DNA of 64,000 nucleotides from Macrostomum hystrix (taxonomy: Eukaryota > Animalia > Platyhelminthes): assembly GCA_950097015.1 (NCBI GenBank), contig CATNEN010000003.1, forward strand, positions 4,030,001 to 4,094,000. The letters run 5' to 3'. The position numbers and the translations under genes are program-made. How positions within the stretch are numbered: position 1 is the stretch's first letter; each line of letters starts with the position of its first letter. Positions 1-13,140 of the stretch are shown one piece after another. The notes below the pieces were generated by a model, which was not told the origin of the DNA, did not search any database, and saw only the letters and a list, made by a program, of their open reading frames with translations.

Positions 1-165
1 AGAGATGCCGTGGCATGACTAGGTTGGATCAAACTCTGACTTTACATATACTCAGACGTTACGAACTCTCATATTAACTTTCGAATCGCATTGATAGTTT
101 ATGCATTGCTCTGTCTCTCATAGCGATTATCCAGCGATAACTTGTCGAATTTAGAATTTCAAAGC

Positions 166-3100
166 ATGGAAAATATAATACGAAAAGGTCATCAATTAGA
201 AGGACAAATACTACTAATTTGCTTCGTTGGCCTCGCCTTCTTCTGGTAAGAAAATAGTTTGGACATTTGTTTTCAACTTCTCTTTCAAACTAAGTAACTT
301 CAATTTCGTCTGCGAGACCGGCCTGCCCAAGTTATAGCAAATCAATTTCACAAAATGAAACTTCTTTTTTGTCTTGCATTATATTCACCCGGCTTCAAAC
401 ATTATTATATGCCATGATGGGCCTGTACTTTCAATATATATTTTGGACGTCTCAGGCAAGACACCCAAGTGGGAGACAAACAACAAAAGTAGCGCGTATT
501 GTCACTCCAATAAGATTGGAGCTTCAAGAGCGGCTGGATGTGAAAGTTTCTGCGCAATCCAATTACGAGTAGCTGTATTTTTTATTGTGATTCTGTGCTA
601 TAGGGTCATAAATGCACAGGGCTTTAAATCTCTCGACACTCGACAGAATTATTATAATTGCATTGCGGCGGAGTCAGTGGCGGCGTCGGCGAAGATCAAG
701 GGCAAGGATAAAATCCGTATTTGTCAAAGCGGACCAAACACAAATAGCTGTGCTGAAGAGACGAAACACAAGTTACTAACGCCAGCCGGAAAGCCACCGG
801 GCGAAATTGAAGTTACTAAGTTTGAATTAGAAGTTGAAAACCAAAATTTTAAGCACTCTGACTAAGAGACTAGATTTGTTATTATTTATTTAGCAGTCGC
901 TCTCTAAATTTAAACTGTTTAACAGGATGCAAACTTTCATCTGTAATCTCCTACTTTAGGTTTAGGTTCATTCACTCGCTTACTGCAGTGTGTACTTTGA
1001 TTTATTTGATGCTAAAATGAAGGACTAAATGAATGGTCATTATTGACAATAAGAATGTGAATTAGACTTTAACAACCAGAAAACTAACCATAGTTAGAGG
1101 AAGGGGTCCCCATCACAAATTGTGATCCTCAAGACTGCGGTAAACATGGTATTAAACTTTGAAGTTGAAACTCGTGCTTTGCAGAGCAGAAGTTCATCTT
1201 TCTTCTTCTTTCAGTCAATGCTGCTAGCCATTTAGCAGTCAGCAATTAATTAACTACAGTTACGTGTCTTCCACAGAGTACCACCACCCCCTGTGCATTA
1301 CAGCTTTGATTAAATTTTCTTACACTATTAAGTCAGTCGCCAAATGAAGTGCGCGCTTGTGCCTTAGCGAGTAAATAGTGCGCTCTTGCGCATATGTCTG
1401 ACAGCGCGCTTATGCCACAGCGTGTCAAAAGTGCGCGCCTCTGCCAGTGCGCGCATGTGCCGCTGCGCGCTTATGAAGCGTTAATCCCGGTATTGGGTCA
1501 GTTTTTTTACCCCGATCCCGGGATTTGGGAAGCCCTAAAGACAATAATTACGACCGAGGCATGTAGCTTCGGCCACATGTTTTGTTAGGCAAGCGGCGAG
1601 ATTAAATATGCCATCCAGAGCCCGATTTGCCACGTAGCGTAATTTTATTAAAAGCGAATAGATGGTCTGTCCTATCTTCGTATCATTTTTTCTCCCCAGA
1701 TTTTTTCTGTTTTTTAACATCTCTGAAAAGTTTTAGAATCGAGGCGGCGAACCACTACTGCATCCACGACAGCATGAAGGTCTTCTCCATGAACGCTGAC
1801 TCGGACCAGACAGAGACACTGTTGACGAGCCACGGAGATATGGAGCTCCACGTGCCGCGGCAGCGCTGCTTGTGGGACGTGAATATCAACCGCATGACGG
1901 AGCCGCTGCAGCTGGTGCTGAGTCTGCGCCGAGGCCGACTGTGGCAGGAGGCAGCGAACGCGACCGGCTGCCCGTCGGAGCTGAGTGTGGCTCTGCAGGG
2001 TGAGCGGACTGTTGCAGGACTGTGTCCTTCACCATTGAATGAGCAAATCAGTCACGCAAAGCAGATCCCTCCTCACTCCAGGATCTGGATTCCACCGAGA
2101 GTGGAGAGACGGCTCATCGTTACCGAAGGCCCCTCTGATTGTGCCAGTGTATGAAAGGTGAGCTCGATACTCTGAGTGTTTCTAGAATATCCAATTCGCA
2201 CACGAGAGATTCGCGAGTCATTGAGAATGCACCGAACTGGCTGCAGCTCGCAGCAGCTCATCGTCAGGTTCTCGACCGGAGATCTCCAGCCTGAGGCGGT
2301 CTGCGGTCGCATCGAGCTGACCATCGGCGTCGCCAAGAAGGGATACTGCGGCAGGAACATGCTGCTGCATCGACATCGCTGCCTCTTTGTCTCCGACGAG
2401 AAGCTAGAGCTGCCAGACCTGACTGGGACTGGAGCAGAGCTCGCTAGCATCTCCGGCATTGAGCAGCTGCGAGACCTTCTGAGCGACAGTGAGAGCTGAG
2501 TCGCAGCCTGTTTGTTCTTTCCTTCTGTCAGTTGAAAAGCCATATGTAGTCAATTTGCGACGCGATCATTTTAGATGAGAAGCGGAGAGCAAAGCACCCG
2601 TACAAAGCCCCTCTGAACCTGAGGGGCTCCACCAGAGTGGGGATTTTCCGCTGCACTGGCTCTAACTGGACATTTTACCTGAACTCCAGCAGCGATGGGT
2701 GTGCGGCGGCGCCGTTCGTTCAGGAAGGACAGAAAGGCCAGCAGAACTCCAGGTCTGTGAATATAGCACCGAGAGTCGCATTGCTGAGAAAGGGGAACTA
2801 TACCCCTTCCGCTTCTTTTACCTGCAATTCGAGGAGAAATTCCACAAGATTCCAGGAAATATCCCTTTTTAAGAGAAAGTGTGGAGAGGTTACAGATAGG
2901 TTTGCTTAATTAGGTGATCCGTTTTTAGTTGTTTCCACGTTAAAATGATCCTTAGTGAGATGTACAGTTCAGGTGTGTACTTTTATACTTATTGTGATGT
3001 CTTGCAATTCAAAAGCTTCATCAGCAGTAGAACTCACAAAAGGGGAGTTTCCCACAGAACGGGGCAACGCTAGCACGCGACACTCAAAGCTTTGCCAGCC

Positions 3101-3823
3101 TTCAATCTTTATCAGCACGTCACCCGAATGTGCCTGCATCATCTCCGACTTTTGTTGGTCACCGACCTTTATCTTGACGGAGCTGCTGGGCCTTCAACAA
3201 GTAATAGTTGACTTTAGGCCAATCAGCGAAAGTATAAAAAAGCTTTAGGGACTCCACAGCAAGCTGCATGCTGACGGTGCTGACGACATTGGGCTGGTGA
3301 CTGATTTATTGACATACTAGGCGAGGGTCCTGTGATTGAGCTTGGTCCCATATTGAGGCCTGATCATCGAGATGGGAGAAATTTGCATCAGGGTGTCCAT
3401 ATTCGGCTGGTGCCACTTGTTGAATAACCTTGGTCCCCTTGGTACAAAAACGGGCGGTGAAATGGCTTGTAGTCCTACTGTTAAAATTACTTTTTCATCC
3501 ATTCTATTTACAGAGAAAAGTCTACTGAGTTTATGTGCGCATCTATGAAGATAATTTCTGATAGCATTCATGAGCTGATGTTCTTAAACTGCAGCAGTTC
3601 AGCCAGATGTCTGCTCGGCTTTGACGAGACTCCCAGGCCCACACGGAGCGCCGCTATCGATGGCGAAAGTTCCAGGTGCAATGAAGCGCTTCAGGCAGCC
3701 TGTCGGTTTGAGAAATCGGGCAGTATAGTATTTCCAAAGGTACTTCTAATAGCCACACTGTCTTTTTTAATTGTTATAGTTATAGTAGCTGTATTTTTCG
3801 CGGTGCAAAAGTGGAAATTTTAG
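166..3823 (+). CDS. CUB-like/CTLD-like type I membrane protein, paralogue 1 (last exon type A, nearly tail-less)
   Basis: Manual splice model: exons 166-245 (hydrophobic ILLICFVGLAFF, GTAAGA donor; least certain exon), 1731-1999, 2082-2157, 2247-2488, 2575-2752, 3514-3823. All introns GT-AG, phases 2,1,2,1,2; open 384-aa product. CUB-like motifs: YC..., RCLWDVNI, LQLVLSL, GCPSELSV, QLIVRFST. CTLD-like motifs: CGRNMLLHRHRCLFVS, GAELASISG, RVGIF, CASM, LMFLNCSS. TM VLLIATLSFLIVIVIVAVFFAV, then QKWKF-stop. Confidence 0.75.
1345..1540. mobile_element. Possible DNA transposon termini (GCGCGC-rich subterminal repeats; hAT-like end)
   Basis: Repeated TGCGCGCTTGTGCC-like units ending at ...GTTAATCC, followed by CCCGATCCCGGGATTTGGGAAGCCCTA (reverse strand TAGGG...). 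No partner ends found. Confidence 0.3.
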
Positions 3824-4389
3824 CTGAAATGTGTTCAATGAGATTTAAATTATTCTTCTGAAAATGTGGTAGCCATGCACCAGGTAGCTATGCAGCACAG
3901 GTGTGCTCATGATGAGGCCCAAGCACTTGAGACTGAACCATTGACTTAATTTAAGATTTATTTTGACACATTTGCATCGAATTAATGGACTTGTCGAACA
4001 TAACAAATTTCTAAAGCGATAATGCAATTCATTTGAGATAATACCCTGAGATTAACCAATTTACTTCTTACTTTGTTGACCGCCCGCCCATGCCTGCGCG
4101 TGTGGGGTGGCTGATTTTATTGATTTATTTTGCACTGCATACATCCACCCCGCCCCCAGTGTTATCTCTCTCTTTCTCACTCAACCCTCTATTATTATAT
4201 GCGTGCAGTACATGTACATGCTCCCTCACCCTGTCAGTTTAATGTTATTAAAATATAAAGTCTGCGAACTGCAGCATGAGTCATCTGTTTTGCTGAGTCA
4301 ACAGCTAATTTCACAACACGTCTATTTTTTTGTTGACGTATCGAAAATTATGTTCATGAGTAGTTGGACCCCAAAAGCCAAGGAGCGCA

Positions 4390-6112
4390 CAAATAACGTG
4401 ATTTTACACAGTCTTATAGCGGCAAGTCTCTTCTTTATATTAATTCAAATCTTTTTTCTAAGAGACTAAGGAAAGAGAAGTTATCAACGAAAAACTAACA
4501 GGACCTCAAACACAGACTTACAGTAAATCAACAAGCAAGCAAAAATGACCAACATTTGAGTGGTTGCGAATATGAAGTTTTCTCGTAGCAATTGAAACGC
4601 TCCTCTTCACTCGTCGGTGGGAATGCTTGACTTCTCAACGTAGTCACCGCCGAGCTGAAGGCATATTTGCCACCGACTGAACAAACCGTCAATAGCGTTG
4701 GTATAACTCTCGCGTGGAATTTTGTGGAGCAGGACATTCCGCACTGCCTGTTCGAGGTTGTCACGGTTCTCATGAACTTTACCTCGCAGATGCGACTTCA
4801 TTAGTGGAAATAAGGCGAAATCTGCTGGCGCCAGATCAGGCGAATACGGTGGATGAGGCAGAATATTAAACTTGAGTCTGCTGACAGCCTCAGAGGTCTT
4901 CTGTGCAGTATGGGGTCTGGCGTTGTCGTGGTGGAGAAGAAAGGGCTTGATTCCAACCCGACGCTTATTCCAGATTTCGACTTCAATTTTTCAAGGGAAG
5001 CAATATAGCACTCGGCATTGATGCTCTTCCCTGGCTCAAAAAATTCGATTGTAAGTGGTCCATTCCTGTCGAAGAACAAAGTCAGAAGCACCTTTTTGCA
5101 GTAAGGCTCTCGACGTGCCTTAACAGGGGGGTCTGAACCCCTGATTGTCCAAACCTTGGACTCCTGCTTGGTGGGGGGATCGAAGTGAGACACCCACGTC
5201 TCGTCACCAGTAACAACGATTTGCCGAAACGTTTCCCATCCACCATGTTGCCTGACGAGCTCCAGATTCTCCTGGCACACTCGCGGCCGCTGCTCTTTCA
5301 GGTCTGGTGTCAGAAGGCGTGGAATCCAGCGAGCGCTCAGCTTCACATAATCCATGCGGGTGAGACTTCGATGAACCGTTGATCGCGGAGTATTTAGCCT
5401 GTCAGCAATCTCTCTGATCGTCATTCGTGCGTCCTCATCAAGAAGATCCAGGATAGCGTCAGCCAGGACGTCAGAGTCTCGAACATGAGGGCGACCTGTC
5501 CTGAGCTGATCAGCAAGGTCCGTCCTTCCCGCTCGAAACTGTTCTATCCAAGGATAGATGGTCATTTTACTGACCGCGCAAGACCCATGAGCTGATGAAA
5601 GTTGCGCGTGAATCTCGGCTGCACTGTGCCCCGTCTTCCAAAGGGTGTAAATCACACTCCTCTGGGCAAAACTTTAATGCACATCCATGATCTTTGGCAC
5701 AGCAAGAAATAAGAAAAATAAGTTATCGTACTGAAGCCAAGTCCAAGTGAGAGATATGAAGATTTCATTACATCTTTTCCAGAGACAATTTCAAATTATA
5801 ACTTCATTATGATTTTTCCAGAGACATATCTTTGTCGCGGATTGAGAAATTGAGAAATTTTGGTTAAAAGAGTGACCTCAGTCGAAAGCACTTTCGTAGC
5901 ATTCCGATAGCTTGTTGATTTACTGTAAGTCTATGTTTGAGGTCCTGTTAGTTTTTCTCAATAACTTCTTTTTCCTTAGTCTGTTAGAAAAAAAATTGAA
6001 TTAATATAAAGAAGAGACTTGCCGCTATAAGACTGTGTAAAATCACGTTATTTGAACCATCAGAACAAAAGATATAATTAAAAGTAACACTACTTTTGGG
6101 ACAGCCTTCGTA
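4390..6112 (-). mobile_element. Mariner-type (DD34D) DNA transposon with defective transposase
   Basis: ORF pieces 4607-4801 and 4801-5688 carry an HTH region, WIPRLL, TGDETW, and in a shifted frame HHDNARPH and PPYSPDLAPAD. In-frame stop at codon 5 plus a frameshift. Inverted repeats of about 147 bp at 4390-4536 and 5910-6054; mariner-like terminus CTTTTGGGACAGCCTTCG-TA ending at 6110-6112. Confidence 0.9.
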
Positions 6113-6156
6113 CATATATAAAATAAAACGAGCGATTCATATATATATATATAATA

Positions 6157-6692
6157 TCTAGAGAGACTATTTGAGAATCTAGAGAGACTAATTGAGGATC
6201 TAGAGAGACTATTTGAGAATCTAGAGAGACTATTTGAGGATCTAGAGAGACTATTTGAGGATCTAGAGAGACTATTTGAGGATCTAGAGAGACAATTAGA
6301 GAATCTAGAGAGACTATTTGAGAATCTAGAGAGACTATTTGAGAATCTAGAGAGAGTATTTGAGGATCTAGTGAGACTATTTGAGAATCTAGAGAGACTA
6401 TTTGAGGATCTAGAGAGACTATTTGAGGATCTAGAGAGACTATTTTGAGAATCTAGAGAGACTATTTGAGAATCTAGAGAGACTATTTGAGAATCTAGAG
6501 AGACTATTTGAGGATCTAGAGAGACTATTTGAGAATCTAGAGAGACTATTTGAGAATCTAGAGAGACTATTTGAGAATCTAGAGAGACAATTTGAGAATC
6601 TAGAGAGACTATTTGAGAATCTAGAGAGACTATTTGAGGATCTAGAGAGACAATTTGAGGATCTAGAGAGACAATTTGAGGATCTAGAGAGA
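6157..6692. repeat. 21-bp minisatellite (GA[A/G]TCTAGAGAGACTATTTGA)
   Basis: About 25 tandem units directly beside the mariner end. Confidence 0.95.
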
Positions 6693-8087
6693 GCACCTCT
6701 TAAGAGGGAATTGAAAATCTAGGTCGTGTTATGAATTATAAAATAACTGTCTGGATGCCTGGAATTAAAAAAAGCGCTGAAAACAGCTAGAAAAAATTGT
6801 TAAAATGCTAACATATATTACTCGTAAAAGACACTCGTAACTCGTAAGTGTCTTTTATATCTGTGCTAGAGACTGAACAGCCTAAAATAACATTTAGAGG
6901 TCAAGCGCAAAAGAAAAAGGAAATCTTCAGTTTTACACATTTTAAAGTATTGGAAAAAAATCGAGTCTTTGAATTGACCTGTGCGTGTGCTATAGAACGT
7001 AGACGAACGGTTATTTACCGCATCAGATTTATAAATCTGAATTCAGTATCTATAAAATCTCGCACTCGTAAAGTGCAAAGAAGAAAGTAAGTAAGCAAGG
7101 TAATGTATAGTTTTACAAGATTGAAACACTAAAAGATATTACGCTCAGGCAGGTAGGTTGGTGCTGCATTACAAAACATTAACAAAAGTATTTAGTTACA
7201 AGCAGATTGCAATAGTTGTATTCGTCGAGCCGCTCAGGTCTTGTTTCACTTGCTGGTTGAGGGAGCAGTGCCTGTCTGTGTTGTGTTGTGTGCGTGTTGT
7301 TTGTTTTAAGTTATTCAAGCTGCTAATTCTTATTCAGGCTTCAGCAAGAAGTTTACTTTCTTCAGCATTTAAGCCAGTCACGTGGCCAACACGCAGAATA
7401 AGACAGCAACTTTACTGGTAAAAGTACAGCGGAACTTCAAGCTTGAAGAAATTGTCTAGACTAGGGGGATGTTAACACCATATCCTCCTGCGCCTCCGAG
7501 AGTGGAGCGAATTCAGACAGAGGAAACCACGGAGTAATGTCTAAAAATAGAAACAATTGGAAATCACGCGGATTTTCCGTGGCCTACCCGCTCACAAGCG
7601 CACGTACACTGTCGTGAACAATGTGCATGCTTTAAAATAAAACGAACGAGACTTGGGTAGGTGGGTTGGGGTGGCTGAAACAGCGCAATTTATAAAGCTG
7701 CAAGTGGACACCTGAGTCATAGACTAATTCCTTGAATATACGCTCCCGCGTTGAATCACATTTTCGCAAAGCTTATTAATTATTTTCTTTTATTCAATTG
7801 CGTACAAAGCCAATATAGCACAAGCCATGAGACAGAGCGGTGGCATTCAGAAGATGATTAATAAGGCTGGAGGTGAGCACGCTTGCTTGGTTGCTAGCTT
7901 CGATATCAACTAAGATTTTTTTATTATTTTGTTTTGATTGGTGCCATCGAACATAAGCCAATATTTGACACGGCTAACACAACAACATTGAGACTTGTAC
8001 TATTTACAAAGAATTTGAAAGTTCTTTGGGCAGAACTTAATTACAGTTTCAAAGCTAGATATGATTTGACCCATGCAAAGCCTTGAC

Positions 8088-9893
8088 CCATAACTGGAAC
8101 CAGGTTATATTTACCAACACCCATAACTAGAACCAGGTTATATTTGCCAGCACCCATAACTGGAACCAGGTTATATTTGCCAACACCCATAACTGGAACC
8201 AGGTTATATTTGCCAGCACCCATAACTGGAACCAGGTTATATTTGCCAGCACCCATAACTGGAACCAGGTTATATTTGCCAGCACCCATAACTGGAACCA
8301 GGTTATATTTGCCAACACCCATAACTGGAACCAGGTTACATTTGCCAGCACCCATAACTAGAACCAGGTTATATTTGCCAGCACCCATAACTGGAACCAG
8401 GTTATATTTGCCAACACCCATAACTGGAACCAGGTTATATTTGCCAGCACCCATAACTAGAACCAGGTTATATTTGCCAACACCCATAACTGGAACCAGG
8501 TTATATTTGCCAACACCCATAACTGGAACCAGGTTATATTTGCCAACACCAATAACTAGAACCAGGTTATATTTGCCAACACCCATAACTGGAACCAGGT
8601 TATATTTGCCAACACCCATAACTGGAACCAGGTTATATTTGCCAGCACCCATAACTAGAACCAGGTTATATTTGCCAGCACCCATAACTAGAACCAGGTT
8701 ATATTTGCCAGCACCCATAACTGGAACCAGGTTATATTTGCCAACACCCATAACTGGAACCAGGTTATATTTGCCAACACCCATAACTAGAACCAGGTTA
8801 TATTTGCCAACACCCATAACTGGAACCAGGCTATATTTGCCAACACCATAACTGGAACCAGGTTATATTTGCCAGCACCCATAACTGGAACCAGGTTATA
8901 TTTGCCAGCACCCATAACTGGAACCAGGTTATATTTGCCAACACCCATAACTGGAACCAGGTTACATTTGCCAGCACCCATAACTAGAACCAGGTTATAT
9001 TTGCCAACACCCATAACTGGAACCAGGTTATATTTGCCAGCACCCATAACTGGAACCTGGTTATATTTGCCAACACCCATAACTGGAACCAGGTTATATT
9101 TGCCAGCACCCATAACTGGAACCAGGTTATATTTGCCAGCACCCATAACTGGAACCAGGTTATATTTGCCAGCACCCATAACTGGAACCAGGTTATATTT
9201 GCCAGCACCCATAACTGGAACCAGGTTATATTTGCCAGCACCCATAACTGGAACCAGGTTATATTTGCCAGCACCCATAACTGGAACCAGGTTATATTTG
9301 CCAGCACCCATAACTGGAACCAGGTTATATTTGCCAGCACCCATAACTGGAACCAGGTTATATTTGCCAGCACCCATAACTGGAACCAGGTTATATTTGC
9401 CAACACCCATAACTGGAACCAGGTTATATTTGCCAACACCATAACTGGAACCAGGTTATATTTGCCAACACCCATAACTGGAACCAGGTTATATTTGCCA
9501 GCACCCATAACTGGAACCAGGTTATATTTGCCAGCACCCATAACTGGAACCAGGTTATATTTGCCAGCACCCATAACTGGAACCAGGTTATATTTGCCAG
9601 CACCCATAACTGGAACCAGGTTATATTTGCCAGCACCCATAACTGGAACCAGGTTATATTTGCCAGCACCCATAACTGGAACCAGGTTATATTTGCCAGC
9701 ACCCATAACTGGAACCAGGTTATATTTGCCAACACCCATAACTGGAACCAGGTTATATTTGCCAACACCATAACTGGAACCAGGTTATATTTGCCAACAC
9801 CCATAACTGGAACCAGGTTATATTTGCCAGCACCCATAACTGGAACCAGGTTATATTTGCCAGCACCCATAACTGGAACCAGGTTATATTTGC
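8088..9893. repeat. 33-bp minisatellite (CCCATAACTGGAACCAGGTTATATTTGCCA[G/A]CA)
   Basis: About 55 tandem units with no spacers; each unit has an imperfect palindrome ATAACTGG-AA-CCAGGTTAT. Confidence 0.97.
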
Positions 9894-10221
9894 AACCACT
9901 AAAGTTAAAATTAGGTCAGTCAGTCAATCAACTACAGCCTATCAATACATCTAGGCCCAAGCTGTGATCTGCACGTGAAGATCTCAAAGTCAAAATATCT
10001 GCGTTCAAAAAAAATTTCAGAGATTCTCCATGCTTCTCTGGCTAAGAATGAAGATTTCAAGCCTTCAGCAGAACCATCTCCTAGCATTGGCCAGGAAGCC
10101 AAGCCGAAAGTGAGCATTGCTGACGTGTATCCACGACTGATCAGGTCAACCCGCGCTTTCCCACCAATTGCTGGGCCTTGCTTGCTCAACTGGAAGTGAA
10201 AGTTCAGTTTCAACTGCGGAT

Positions 10222-11612
10222 TGACGTTTGAGGATATTGACGGTTGAGGATATTGACAGTTGAGGATATTGACGGTTGAGGATATTGACGGTTGAGGATA
10301 TTGACAGTTGAGGATTGAGGATAATGACAGTTGAGGATATTGACAGTTGAGGATATTGACAGTTGAGGATATTGACAGTTGAGGATATTGACAGTTGAGG
10401 ATATTGACAGTTGAGGATATTGACAGTTGAGAATATTGACAGTTGAGGATATTGACAGTTGAGGATATTGACGGTTGAGGATATTGACGGTTGAGGATAT
10501 TGACAGTTGAGAATATTGACAGTTGAGGATATTGACAGTTGAGAATATTGACAGTTGAGGATATTGACAGTTGAGGATATTGACGGTTGAGGATATTGAC
10601 AGTTGAGGATATTGACAGTTGAGGATATTGACAGTTGAGAATATTGACAGTTGAGGATATTGACAGTTGAGGATATTGACGGTTGAGGATATTGACGGTT
10701 GAGGATATTGACGGTTGAGGATATTGACGGTTGAGGATATTGACAGTTGAGGATATTGACAGTTGAGGATTGAGGATAATGACAGTTGAGGATATTGACA
10801 GTTGAGGATATTGACAGTTGAGGATATTGACAGTTGAGGATATTGACAGTTGAGGATATTGACAGTTGAGAATATTGACAGTTGAGGATATTGACAGTTG
10901 AGGATATTGACGGTTGAGGATATTGACAGTTGAGGATATTGACAGTTGAGGATATTGACAGTTGAGAATATTGACAGTTGAGGATATTGACAGTTGAGGA
11001 TATTGACGGTTGAGGATATTGACGGTTGAGATATTGACAGTTGAGGATATTGACGGTTGAGGATATTGACGGTTGAGGATATTGACAGTTGAGGATATTG
11101 ACGGTTGAGGATATTGACGTTTGAGGATATTGACGGTTGAGGATATTGACGGTTGAGGATATTGACGGTTGAGGATATTGACAGTTGAGGATATTGACGG
11201 TTGAGGATATTGACGGTTGAGATATTGACAGTTGAGGATATTGACGGTTGAGGATATTGACGGTTGAGGATATTGACGGTTGAGGATATTGACAGTTGAG
11301 GATATTGACAGTTGAGGATATTGACAGTTGAGGATATTGACGGTTGAGGATATTGACGGTTAAGGATATTGACACAGTTGAGGATTGAGGATATTGACAG
11401 TTGAGGATTTAGGATAATGACAGTTAAGGATTTAGGATAATGACAGTTGAGTATTGAGGATAATGACAGTTGAGGATTGAGGATAATGACAGTTGAGGAT
11501 TGAGGATAATGACAGTTGAAGATTTAGGATAATGGCAGTTGAATATTGAGGATAATGACAGTTGAGGATTTAGGATAATGACAGCTGAGGATTGAGGATA
11601 ATGACAGTTGAT
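10222..11612. repeat. 16-bp minisatellite (GTTGAGGATATTGAC[A/G]) changing to a 23-bp variant
   Basis: Tandem 16-mers up to about 11375, then GTTGAGGATTGAGGATAATGACA units. Confidence 0.95.
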
Positions 11613-12913
11613 GAATGAGAATTTTTGTCGTCTTCTACTGCATGCTAATTAAGCATTACAGGTACAAACAATATTAATAGTTTCTGTTCTGCTTACAAAA
11701 TAGTCGAACTCAAATGTCACAATAACTGCATAGCAATAAGCTTGTATATAATCAGTGCTTGGAATCAAAAGAATTTTCTTAATTTAATATTTGTGTATGA
11801 AATACTCTATCGTTGTTGGTACATCAAGCAACGTTAAAAAGACCCAATTTTCTAGCTATTGATTAATCCCTACTTCCTGGCTACTATGAATTCATTTGCT
11901 TTTTTGTGATTGTTGATCAAACTGTATAAGAACATTGTGCTTTTTAAGCGAAATCATGCAATATTAATGCAAAATAAGTACAAACTTGCTTTTTTTGTTT
12001 ATGGGTACATAATAAATGCATGGAATTGGCAAATTTCTTTATCGACTTTCTTATTTATTGGGATATATTTATTGGGAATGATTAGAACGAGACTTGAAAA
12101 ACTGGATTCATAGAAAATCCTAATTCCTAATTCCTAGAAATCCTATCTCATTCTTAGAAATCCAAACTGAAAGATATACCCATGTACTGAACTGAAATCT
12201 CATTTTATTCTAACAAATTTGACGTTCTATTTCGTAAGAGGATCCTACAGAACTCCAGACTCACATAAATCACCATTTGAATCGCTTGAATGTTTTTAAA
12301 ATAGCCTAAGTTCTTTACTGAAAATAATCTCAAGTTCAACCTATCCAGAGTTTGCTCCGTCTAAAGACTATAGCTTTGCAACCAGCAGAGCTTACTACTA
12401 TAGCAAACCAGTATTTGATACCCGAATTCAAGATAAGGCTGCGGGTAGTTTGTGCTTGGAGAGAGGAAACAATGGCCAAGGCTGCTATCTAATTCTATCG
12501 AGAATGCTCAACCCAATCGTGAGCCAGAGTACATGTGCTCACTTGAGTCACTTTGTAATTGAGCGATCTATCGCTGTACACTATAGGCTAAACAACACTG
12601 ATAGTGCATTGTGCACACAGTGATTTTAAAGGCGTAATCTGCTAGGCCAACGTTTGTTAATAACTGCGCACTCTCATACTGCACTGTGAGCACAAGGGCA
12701 GTACAAAATAGAATCAATTTTACGAGATAAATAAAAATAAATATCTCAGTCAAATTGTATTTCAGACAGAAGCATTTCTAAGTTTATTTTAGAATTCCAC
12801 TCAAGCATGAAAATATTGTGGCAAAATGCTTCTGGTAAGTTGTTGGTGTTCCTTTCAACATGTTGCTCTGATAATATAGAATGCAGGAACCAGGAAGGCA
12901 ATGGTGCATCCTT

Positions 12914-13140
12914 AGTGACAGTAAACCTGTAGCCAAAGAGAGGCAATTCTGCCCATTCCACTGAGTACATCTGTCCTGACTTTCTCATCGTCAGGCAGTG
13001 TACACTCTCACTGTGCGTTGGAGTTTGACCTTCAACGACCAAATGAATGTGACCTCGCCGCTCAGGGTCGAGCTCAGGGACCTTTGTGCCTGAGGTCCAA
13101 ATAGGCGAGCGCGTTAGACCGCTCTGCCACCGATCTCCCT
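12914..13140 (-). mobile_element. tRNA-derived SINE, family 1 (degenerate copy)
   Basis: Shares AGGCAATTCTGCCCATT, the TGTACA...GTCAGGCAGTGTACA hairpin and the tRNA-like head with the copy at 14446-14817. Confidence 0.7.

Noticed and set aside
1627-2543. ORF-track proteins of 175/107/156 aa and their equivalents at 16.5, 25.5, 34.9 and 47.4 kb as stand-alone genes
   Set aside because: They read through introns or are antisense shadows; similarity to the divergent copies 6 and 7 holds only in the spliced frame.
1737-2752. The repeated 1-kb cassette as a transposon
   Set aside because: No TIRs, TSDs or tail; its boundaries follow exon structure and it has divergent paralogues (copies 6 and 7) with the same introns.
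8041-11375. Long repetitive ORFs (MGVGKYNLVPV..., PAPITGTRLYL..., SISSTVNILNCQYPQ...)
   Set aside because: They are translations of 33-bp and 16-bp satellites, open on several frames and strands, with no unique coding flanks.
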